From the human T2T-CHM13v2.0 reference genome, Homo sapiens, in the NCBI RefSeq assembly GCF_009914755.1, contig NC_060943.1: a stretch of 64,000 bases of DNA; one strand, given 5' to 3'. The notes below the pieces were generated by a model. The model had not been told where the DNA came from. It made no database searches and saw only the letters and a program-made list of their open reading frames with translations. The translations under genes and the position numbers were made by a program. Positions within the stretch are counted from its first letter, which is position 1, and the number at the start of each line of letters is the position of its first letter. Shown in pieces: positions 49,117 through 64,000 of the stretch.

Positions 49117-51076
49117 GCTGCGGTGTAATTTCCAAAGCTGCGGTGTAATTTCCAAAGCTGCGGTGTAATTTCCGAAGCTGCGGTGTAATTTCCGAGACTG
49201 CGGTGTAATTTCCGTGGCCGCGGTGTAATTTCCGTGGCCGCGGTGTAATTTCCGTAGCCGCGGTGTAATTTCCGTAGCCGCGGTGTAATTTCCGAGACTG
49301 CGGTGTAATTTCCGTAGCTGCGGTGTAATTTCCGAGACTGCGGTGTGATTTCCGAGACTGCGGTGTGATTTCCGTAGCTGCGGTGGAATTTCCGAGACTG
49401 CGGTGTAATTTCCGTGGCTGCGGTGTAATTACCGTAGCTGCGGTGTAATTTCCGTGGCTGCGGTGTAATTTCCGAGGCTGCGGTGTAATTTCCGTGGCTG
49501 CGGTGTAATTTCCGTGGCTGCGGTGTAATTTCCGTGGCTGCGGTGTAATTTCCGTGGCTGCGGTGTAATTTCCGAGGCTGCGGTGTAATTTCCGAGGCTG
49601 CGGTGTAATGTCCGTGGCTGCGGTGTAATGTCCGTGGCTGCGGTGTAATTTCCGAGGCTGCGGTGTAATTTCCGAGGCTGCGGTGTAATTTCCGAGGCTG
49701 CGGTGTAATGTCCGAGGCTGCGGTGTAATGTCCGTGGCTGCGGTGTAATGTCCGTGGCTGCGGTGTAATGTCCGTGGCTGCGGTGTAATTTCCGTGGCTG
49801 CGGTGTAATTTCCGAGGCTGCGGTGTAATTTCCGAGGCTGCGGTGTAATGTCCGTGGCTGCGGTGTAATGTCCGTGGCTGCGGTGTAATGTCCGTGGCTG
49901 CGGTGTAATTTCCGTGGCTGCGGTGTAATTTCCGTGGCTGCGGTGTAATTTACGAGGCTGCGGTGTAATGTCCGAGGCTGCGGTGTAATGTCCGAGGCTG
50001 CGGTGTAATGTCCGTGGCTGCGGTGTAATGTCCGTGGCTGCGGTGTACTTCCCGAGGCTGCGGTGTACTTCCCGAGGCTGCGGTGTACTTCCCGAGGCTG
50101 CGGTGTAATTCCCGAGGCTGCGGTGTAATTCCCGAGGCTGCGGTGTAATTCCCGAGGCTGCGGTGTAATGTCCGAGGCTGCGGTGTAATTTACGAGGCTG
50201 CGGTGTAATTTACGAGGCTGCGGTGTAATGTCCGTGGCTGCGGTGTAATGTCCGAGGCTGCGGTGTAATGTCCGTGGCTGCGGTGTAATGTCCGAGGCTG
50301 CGGTGTAATGTCCGTGGCTGCGGTGTAATTTACGAGGCTGCGGTGTAATGTCCGTGGCTGCGGTGTAATGTCCGAGGCTGCGGTGTAATGTCCGAGGCTG
50401 CGGTGTAATGTCCGAGGCTGCGGTGTAATGTCCGTGGCTGCGGTGTAATGTCCGTGGCTGCGGTGTAATGTCCGAGGCTGCGGTGTAATTTACGAGGCTG
50501 CGGTGTAATGTCCGTGGCTGCGGTGTAATGTCCGAGGCTGCGGTGTAATGTCCGTGGCTGCGGTGTAATGTCCGAGGCTGCGGTGTAATTTACGAGGCTG
50601 CGGTGTAATTTACGAGGCTGCGGTGTAATGTCCGTGGCTGCGGTGTAATGTCCGAGGCTGCGGTGTAATGTCCGTGGCTGCGGTGTAATGTCCGTGGCTG
50701 CGGTGTAATGTCCGAGGCTGCGGTGTAATGTCCGAGGCTGCGGTGTAATTTACGAGGCTGCGGTGTAATTTACGAGGCTGCGGTGTAATGTCCGTGGCTG
50801 CGGTGTAATGTCCGAGGCTGCGGTGTAATGTCCGTGGCTGCGGTGTAATGTCCGTGGCTGCGGTGTAATTTACGAGGCTGCGGTGTAATGTCCGTGGCTG
50901 CGGTGTAATGTCCGAGGCTGCGGTGTAATGTCCGAGGCTGCGGTGTAATGTCCGTGGCTGCGGTGTAATGTCCGAGGCTGCGGTGTAATGTCCGAGGCTG
51001 CGGTGTAATGTCCGAGGCTGCGGTGTAATGTCCGAGGCTGCGGTGTAATTTCCGAAGCTGCGGTGTAATTTCCAAA
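49117..51076. repeat. Minisatellite, 98 x 20 bp, consensus GCTGCGGTGTAATKTCCGWG
   Basis: Register is exactly conserved over 1960 bp; variants are substitutions only. Confidence 0.98.
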
Positions 51077-51402
51077 AATGTAAAGTCTATATTTGCCTGG
51101 ATATTGAGGCTATGTCAGGTGACTATAGGATTCTTGTATCTTCTGGATTATTGTATCTCTGATTCCCCCATCCATTATTGAGACTTTCATGACCATTTGA
51201 ATGAGAAGGTGAGATGAATGTAATTAAATAACTTTCCGCCTTCATTGCCATCCCCCCAGTACTAGCAAGATACTATATAATGGTAATCTTGATCCATTTA
51301 TTTGTAATAACTTGGCACTGTCCTGAATTTTCTACAGGTTTTATTTATTTATTGTTCCTGGTCACTGTCTCTTTGAGGATTGGTATCTCTGCTCCAGAAA
51401 AG

Positions 51403-51682
51403 ATGGCAGCCTCTTTCTTCTCTGATTTTGGTCTTATGTGGTATCTGGAGGAGCTCAAAAAGGAGGAGTTCAGGAAATTTAAAGAACATCTCAAGCAAAT
51501 GACTTTGCAGCTTGAACTCAAGCAGATTCCCTGGACTGAGGTCAAAAAAGCATCCCGGGAAGAACTTGCAAACCTCTTGATCAAGCACTATGAAGAACAA
51601 CAAGCTTGGAACATAACCTTAAGAATCTTTCAAAAGATGGATAGAAAGGATCTCTGCATGAAGGTCATGAGGGAGAGAACAG
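51403..51682 (+). CDS. NLRP4: NLRP4 first coding exon, PYD; the exon begins at 51338 with 65 nt of UTR
   Basis: [30 protein letters not shown]...[11 protein letters not shown]. Acceptor tttctacag|G, donor AG|GTGAGG. 280 nt, phase 1. Confidence 0.96.
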
Positions 51683-51797
51683 GTGAGGGAGTCTGGGAAG
51701 GGGGAAGCCTTCTTATAATGAGGACTATGTCCTAATTTTGGTGAGTGGTCTCTGCCTGTCTACAACAGGACCTGAATGTGCTATGGGAAAATATTAG

Positions 51798-56134
<4,337 letters not shown>

Positions 56135-56512
56135 TGTTGTTGGATTTTTTGATTGGCTTTTCTTTTGAGAATTCTGCCATTGAAAGAAAGCTCACTGGCA
56201 TAAAGTTGGAATGGATGCGAGGTGCCATTCTATCCTCTCTACTGCATCTCCTCTCTCTTCTGGAGGCAACTGCCTAGGTCAGGTCCTTTTTAGGTGGACT
56301 TTCAGATCTAGTCCCTATATGTGAAACCTATATGTGTATATAAATCCCTTGTTTATGCAAATTGAGTACATGCTATAGACACTGTCCTGTTGCTTATCCA
56401 TATGAAGAGATTATTCCATACTTTTAATATTTGTATAATAGCTTGTGTCTCATAAATTATTTAACTGGTCTTGATAGTCATATAGCTATTTTCCATTTAT
56501 TTTGCTATCATC

Positions 56513-56646
56513 GTAGCAATGAATACCTGTGTATGTGTCTATTGAAAGCAGAAGTTGTCAAACTTTACATAGTAGCAATGAATGTATATGTGTGTGTGTG
56601 TGTCTATTGAAAGCAGAAGTTGTCAAACTTGACGTAGTAGCAATGA

Positions 56647-56679
<33 letters not shown>

Positions 56680-56704
56680 TATTGAAAGCAGAAGTTGTCA
56701 ACCT
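56513..56704. repeat. Three tandem units, each with an internal (TG)n of increasing length
   Basis: gtagcaatgaat-(TG)n-tctattgaaagcagaagttgtcaa, three times. Confidence 0.93.
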
Positions 56705-56915
56705 TTTTGTGTAGAGGATCATATGGTTTCCATTTTAGGCTTTGTGAGTCATACGGTCTCTCATATCTGTTCAGCTCTGCTATTCAATCAGGAAGGCTCC
56801 TGTAGACAATATACCCATGAATGGTGTAGTGAGTTCTAATGAAACTTTATTTACAAGAGGAGACTGACCAGGTTTGGCCTGGGGGCCACAGTGTGTAGAC
56901 CTCTGGAAAGATACA
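56688..56915 (+). mobile_element. MER58A-like hAT element
   Basis: ttttaggctttgtg...aaactttatttacaa...ggtttggcctggggg. Confidence 0.65.
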
Positions 56916-56993
56916 TCCTGAGAAGAAAAAAAGAATATATGCAGGAATGCTTAACTTTGTGGGTTTTCTCTCCTCTTGCCCTCACTGACTCAG

Positions 56994-58569
56994 GATACAC
57001 AAAGACCTATCAAGCTCACGCAAAGCAGAAATTCAGCCGCTTATGGTCCAGCAAGTCTGTCACTGAGATTCACCTATACTTTGAGGAGGAAGTCAAGCAA
57101 GAAGAATGTGACCATTTGGACCGCCTTTTTGCTCCCAAGGAAACTGGGAAACAGCCACGTACAGTGATTATTCAAGGACCACAAGGAATTGGAAAAACGA
57201 CACTCCTGATGAAGCTGATGATGGCCTGGTCGGACAACAAGATCTTTCGGGATAGGTTCCTGTACACGTTCTATTTCTGCTGCAGAGAACTGAGGGAGTT
57301 GCCGCCAACGAGTTTGGCTGACTTGATTTCCAGAGAGTGGCCTGACCCCGCTGCTCCTATAACAGAGATCGTGTCTCAACCGGAGAGACTCTTGTTCGTC
57401 ATCGACAGCTTCGAAGAGCTGCAGGGCGGCTTGAACGAACCCGATTCGGATCTGTGTGGTGACTTGATGGAGAAACGGCCGGTGCAGGTGCTTCTGAGCA
57501 GTTTGCTGAGGAAGAAGATGCTCCCGGAGGCCTCCCTGCTCATCGCCATCAAACCCGTGTGCCCGAAGGAGCTCCGGGATCAGGTGACGATCTCAGAAAT
57601 CTACCAGCCCCGGGGATTCAACGAGAGTGATAGGTTAGTGTATTTCTGCTGTTTCTTCAAAGACCCGAAAAGAGCCATGGAAGCCTTCAATCTTGTAAGA
57701 GAAAGTGAACAGCTGTTTTCCATATGCCAAATCCCGCTCCTCTGCTGGATCCTGTGTACCAGTCTGAAGCAAGAGATGCAGAAAGGAAAAGACCTGGCCC
57801 TGACCTGCCAGAGCACTACCTCTGTGTACTCCTCTTTCGTCTTTAACCTGTTCACACCTGAGGGTGCCGAGGGCCCGACTCCGCAAACCCAGCACCAGCT
57901 GAAGGCCCTGTGCTCCCTGGCTGCAGAGGGTATGTGGACAGACACATTTGAGTTTTGTGAAGACGACCTCCGGAGAAATGGGGTTGTTGACGCTGACATC
58001 CCTGCGCTGCTGGGCACCAAGATACTTCTGAAGTACGGGGAGCGTGAGAGCTCCTACGTGTTCCTCCACGTGTGTATCCAGGAGTTCTGTGCCGCCTTGT
58101 TCTATTTGCTCAAGAGCCACCTTGATCATCCTCACCCAGCTGTGAGATGTGTACAGGAATTGCTAGTTGCCAATTTTGAAAAAGCAAGGAGAGCACATTG
58201 GATTTTTTTGGGGTGTTTTCTAACTGGCCTTTTAAATAAAAAGGAACAAGAAAAACTGGATGCGTTTTTTGGCTTCCAACTGTCCCAAGAGATAAAGCAG
58301 CAAATTCACCAGTGCCTGAAGAGCTTAGGGGAGCGTGGCAATCCTCAGGGACAGGTGGATTCCTTGGCGATATTTTACTGTCTCTTTGAAATGCAGGATC
58401 CTGCCTTTGTGAAGCAGGCAGTGAACCTCCTCCAAGAAGCTAACTTTCATATTATTGACAACGTGGACTTGGTGGTTTCTGCCTACTGCTTAAAATACTG
58501 CTCCAGCTTGAGGAAACTCTGTTTTTCCGTTCAAAATGTCTTTAAGAAAGAGGATGAACACAGCTCTAC
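56994..58569 (+). CDS. NLRP4: NLRP4 NACHT exon
   Basis: Walker A GPQGIGKT, Walker B LLFVIDSFEEL, WHD motif FLHVCIQEF. Acceptor ctcag|GATAC, donor AC|GTGAGT. 1576 nt. Confidence 0.96.
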
Positions 58570-58965
58570 GTGAGTCCATCCTATGACTTTTTCTCTCTTC
58601 TCAGAATCTGTCTGTATTCCCAAGTGGGTTTTGCTGAGGGAGTGTTTAATATAGGATCATGGTTAGAAACTCATTTTTTCTGCCACAAAACCTCAGCTCA
58701 CATCCTGGCCCAACATTTTAGGAGCTCTTAGACTTTGTCTGTGAGCCTTGCCCTTTTGTGGCTGCAGTGGCCCCATTACAGAAGGGGGAATAATAATTGT
58801 ATTGTGAGGAGTGAATATGAGGACCTGTGTGAAGAGTGTTTCCTACTTTCTCAAGTATTAGCTGATCAGTACTATAATCGATATTTTTCCATAGCACCAC
58901 ACTCCCTGTGTCTTGACCTCTCAGCTGCAAGTTACCTTTGAAAACTTAGTCTAAAAAATCATACA

Positions 58966-60311
<1,346 letters not shown>

Positions 60312-60328
60312 CTATTTTGGATGTGAGA

Positions 60329-60548
60329 CAGGGTTTCTCAGCCTTGGCACTGGTGATGTTTTGGGGGCTGGCTCTCCTGTTACAGTGGGGGGCTCTCCTG
60401 TGCATTGTAGGATGTTCAGAAACATCCCTGGTCTGTACTCACTAGATGCCAGAAGCACCCCTCCCTTAAGCTCTAACATCCAAAAAGGCCTCTAGACATC
60501 CCCAAATGTCCCCTGGGGGGAAACGTCACCCCAGGTTGAGAACCACTA
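60329..60548 (-). mobile_element. MER20 hAT element
   Basis: cagggtttctcagccttggcact...cctgtgcattgtaggatgtt...ggttgagaaccact. Confidence 0.8.
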
Positions 60549-60707
60549 ACATAAGGTGACTTACCTGAAGGGTCCCGTTCCTTCTGACTGAGGGAGGCTC
60601 TGCCTCAGACATCTTCTGTTTGAGAAGACAGCGTAGTGCGTATATGTGTTACAAGTGGCTCGTGTTGACCGCCTGCCTGTGGAAAGCTCGTCCTTTCTTG
60701 ACCACAG

Positions 60708-60869
60708 GTCGGATTACAGCCTCATCTGTTGGCATCACATCTGCTCTGTGCTCACCACCAGCGGGCACCTCAGAGAGCTCCAGGTGCAGGACAGCACCCT
60801 CAGCGAGTCGACCTTTGTGACCTGGTGTAACCAGCTGAGGCATCCCAGCTGTCGCCTTCAGAAGCTTGG
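60708..60869 (+). CDS. NLRP4: NLRP4 LRR exon (162 nt)
   Basis: SDYSLICWHHICSVLTTSGHLRELQVQDSTL...SCRLQKL. Acceptor ccacag|G, donor GG|GTGAGT. Confidence 0.94.
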
Positions 60870-60977
60870 GTGAGTTGAGAATCGACTTCGACTCGAGTAT
60901 GTCACGGAGATGACCTATTCATCTCACCTCTAGCTTTCAGTCGAGGCTAACTGCACAAGCAAAGAATTAACATCCAG

Positions 60978-61190
60978 AGCAGTTGCTCAACCTCAGCACT
61001 TACAGACATCTCATGCAGATCATTCTTCATCATAGGGGTTGTTCTGTGCGTTGTAGGGTGTTAAGATGCATCCCTGGTCTCTACCCTCTAGATCCTAATA
61101 GCATCCCCTTGTCCAGATAACCAAAATAGTGTCCAGACACTGCCAGCTGTCCCTTGTGGGGGCAAAATCTCTCAAGTTGAGAACTACTGA
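60978..61190 (-). mobile_element. MER20 hAT element
   Basis: ctcaacctcagcact...catccctggtctctaccc...gttgagaactactg. Confidence 0.75.
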
Positions 61191-61313
61191 GCTGTGTCAT
61201 TGGGCTGTGAAATCAGAGAATGAGTTCATGATGGATGATGAGAGACAAACACAGGTGTGCAGGCTGTGCTCCCATTAGATGAAACTCATCCAAAATTTTC
61301 TTTGTTTTTGCAG

Positions 61314-61481
61314 AATAAATAACGTTTCCTTTTCTGGCCAGAGTGTTCTGCTCTTTGAGGTGCTCTTTTATCAGCCAGACTTGAAATACCTGAGCTTCAC
61401 CCTCACGAAACTCTCTCGTGATGACATCAGGTCCCTCTGTGATGCCTTGAACTACCCAGCAGGCAACGTCAAAGAGCTAGC
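61314..61481 (+). CDS. NLRP4: NLRP4 LRR exon (168 nt)
   Basis: INNVSFSGQSVLLFEVLFYQPDLKYLSFTLTKL...GNVKEL. Acceptor tttttgcag|A, donor GC|GTAAGT. Confidence 0.94.
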
Positions 61482-62102
61482 GTAAGTCTCCGTTTATTGA
61501 GACCACTGATTGGGTTTCAGAGAAGACTATAGCCTAAGTCTCCGTTTATTGAGACCACTGATTAGGTTTCAGAGAAAACTATAGCATAAGTCTCCGTTTA
61601 TTGAGACCACTGATTGGGTTTCAGAGAAGACTATAGCGTAAGTCTCCGTTTATTGAGACCACTGATTGGGTTTCAGAGAAGACTATAGCGTAAGTCTCCG
61701 TTTATTGAGACCACTGATTGGGTTTCAGAGAAGACTATAGCGTAAGTCTCCGTTTATTGAGACCACTGATTGGGTTTCAGAGAAGACTATAGCGTAAGTC
61801 TCCGTTTATTGAGACCACTGATTGGGTTTCAGAGAAGACTATAGCGTAAGTCTCTGTTTATTGAGACCACTGATTGGGTTTCAGAGAAGACTATAGCGTA
61901 AGTCTCTGTTTATTGAGACCACTGATTGGGTTTCAGAGAAGACTATAGCGTAAGTCTCTGTTTATTGAGACCACTGATTGGGTTTCAGAGAAGACTATAG
62001 CGTAAGTCTCCGTTTATTGAGACCACTGATTGGGTTTCAGAGAAGACTATAGCGTAAGTCTCTGTTTATTGAGACCACTGATTGGGTTTCAGAGAAGACT
62101 AT
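61480..62102. repeat. Minisatellite, 12 x 52 bp, starting at the NLRP4 exon donor
   Basis: Unit GCGTAAGTCTCYGTTTATTGAGACCACTGATTGGGTTTCAGAGAAGACTATA at 61480+52n. Confidence 0.98.
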
Positions 62103-62603
62103 GTATTTCTTTTTGTGTTGGGGGAGGGGGCTGCATATTTGAAGACATCCACTTTTTCCTTCTATGATTTGTATGCAAACTTAGTTTCCTGAGAACTTGG
62201 ATAGGGAAGTTAAAGTTTCCCAATTGATGTAGCCATTTCGGAAAACTGTGTGTATTCAGCCTTCATGGATTCTGGCAGATTATGTAACCCAATAATTCCA
62301 CCTGGAGGTGCACATTCGACAGAGGGACCTGTCTCAGTTTGCTGAAAGACAGGCACTAAAGCATTCCCAGCAGGTGTTCATAATCTCTGAGAAGTGGAAA
62401 TACCACTGACAGTAAGTTGGATAAGAAACCTGTGGTTACATGCTCCTGTTCCATGAGAAAGAACACTCTCGGTCGTATGCAAAAACCTGGACAAATCTCA
62501 GACATTGTTGATGGCAATGAGCCAGACTCAAGAGTACATCCTATGGCTTTATTCCTGTGAAGTTCAAAGATGGACAAGGCTCTGGTGTTGGAGGTTCGGG
62601 CAG

Positions 62604-62990
62604 TGTATTCACACGTTCTCGCGCTGCTATAAAGACATACCTGAGACTGGGAATTTATAAATAAAAGAGGTGTAATTGGCTTATGGTTCTGAAGGATGTA
62701 CAGGCTTCTGCTTCTGGGGAGGCCTCAGGAAACTTACAATGGTGGCAGAAGGCAAAGGGAAAGCAGGCACGTCTTACATGGGGGAGCAGGAAGAAGAGAG
62801 AAGAGGGAGGCGCTACACAGTTCCAAGCAACCAGGTCGCGTGAGGACTCTGTCACAGGAACAGCTCTAGGGGATGGTGGTAAATCACTAGAAACCACCCC
62901 CATGATTCCGTCACCCCCCAGGCCCCTCCTCCAACACTGGGATTACAGTTCGACGTGAGGGTTGGGTGGGGACACAGCCGAACCATATCA
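62604..62990 (-). mobile_element. MST/THE1-type MaLR solo LTR, antisense
   Basis: tgtatt...gctataaagacatacctgagactggg...gggacacagccgaaccatatca. Confidence 0.85.
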
Positions 62991-63319
62991 GACAGCGGTT
63001 ACTTTTGTTAAGATAGTGAAGGAGAGGGGTACAGGAGAATGATGAACCTGCTCTGTTTCTTGACCTGGATACTGGTAACTCAAGTGCCTTAAATTCATGA
63101 CAGTGCGTTGGCTGGCACTTAACCATTGTGTGTACTTTCCAGTATGTATGTTTTAATTCAAGCATTTTTATTTTTGCAATTAAATAAGGGTTTCCTGTAA
63201 ATACTTACCCTCTACTTACCTTCATTGGTACCCACACATTCAAATACTTCTCTATACTAGTCTTTGTTGGCCATTTTTCTGAGCTTGCATCAACCGAACA
63301 CAAAAAGACCCAAACCCTT

Positions 63320-64000
63320 TTTTAAAAAATAACAACTTTATTGTGATATCCACATACCACAAAACATATACTTTTAAAGTATGTACTTCATATATTTTAA
63401 GAAATACTTTTAAAGTATAACTATGTTTTAAAATGTACAGTTTAGTGATCCTCATATATATTCATGAGGAAGTACAACCATCATGACTGATTTTAGAATG
63501 TTCTCATTACCTCAGAAAGAAACCCCATACCCATTAGCATTCACTCCTCACTCCCTTATCTCTCTGGTCCCTGGGAATTACTAACATACTTTCAGTCCTA
63601 TTGGATTTTCCTATCCCAGGCGTCTCATGTAAGTTGAATCACATGTGGTCTTTTGCGAATGGCTTACTTTCACTTAGCAAAATGTTTTCAAGGTTTATCC
63701 AAATTGTACCATGTATCAGTACTTCATTCCTTTTCTTGGCTAAATAGTATTCCACTGTGTAGATATTCCCCATTTTGTTCTTCTAGTCCTCTAGTGATGA
63801 ACACTTGGGTTGTTACCACCTTTTAGCTATTCTGAATAGTGCTCTATGAACACTCATGTGTGAACACCTGCTTTCAATCCTTTTGGACTTGTAACCAGGA
63901 GTAGACTTGCTAGGTCATATAGTAAATCCATATTTAACTGTTAGAGAAACCACCAAGTTATTTTCCTCAGTGACTGCACAATTCTGTATTCCTACCAGCA
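63320..64000 (-). mobile_element. L1MB/MC-like 3' fragment
   Basis: Motifs aataacaactttattgtgatat and gtacttcattccttttcttggctaaatagtattcc. Confidence 0.7.

Noticed and set aside
50770-51075. 101-aa periodic ORF on the minus strand of the 20-mer array
   Set aside because: Arithmetic consequence of a 20-nt unit with few stops on that strand; non-ATG start and no splice or promoter support.
51280-51402. N-terminal extensions of the NLRP4/NLRP11 exon ORFs in the ORF track
   Set aside because: They run through the acceptor sites into intron; splice phases define the true borders.
56513-56704. Repeat-spacer-repeat pattern resembling CRISPR
   Set aside because: The spacers are just variable TG microsatellite; this is a tandem triplication.

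Overview
Human-like (primate) genomic DNA containing the 5' parts of two head-to-head NOD-like receptor genes. NLRP11 is on the minus strand (PYD exon 17263-17533, NACHT exon 8128-9697, LRR exons 7212-7373 and 930-1097) and continues left of the window. NLRP4 is on the plus strand (PYD exon 51403-51682, NACHT exon 56994-58569, LRR exons 60708-60869 and 61314-61481) and continues right. All exons have GT-AG borders and consistent phases. The rest is repeat-rich intron: about 33 Alus, L1/L2 fragments, MaLR/ERV LTRs, DNA-transposon relics and a full-length young L1 with a 19-bp TSD. Most notable observations: (1) a 12x52-bp array that copies an NLRP4 splice donor, in which only the two copies nearest the exon have lost the GT; (2) mirror-image homologous promoter/first-donor modules for NLRP11 and NLRP4; (3) a ~450-bp non-Alu inverted duplication anchored on a Tigger end; (4) a 98x20-bp CpG-rich, RUNX-motif minisatellite downstream of a sense THE1 LTR; (5) an L1 antisense promoter pointing at the NLRP11 coding exon; (6) an Alu with four left arms; (7) a 7x28-bp hairpin/SOX-motif array. 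No prokaryotic-type system such as CRISPR is supported. Repeat family names are by-eye recognition and repeat boundaries are approximate.
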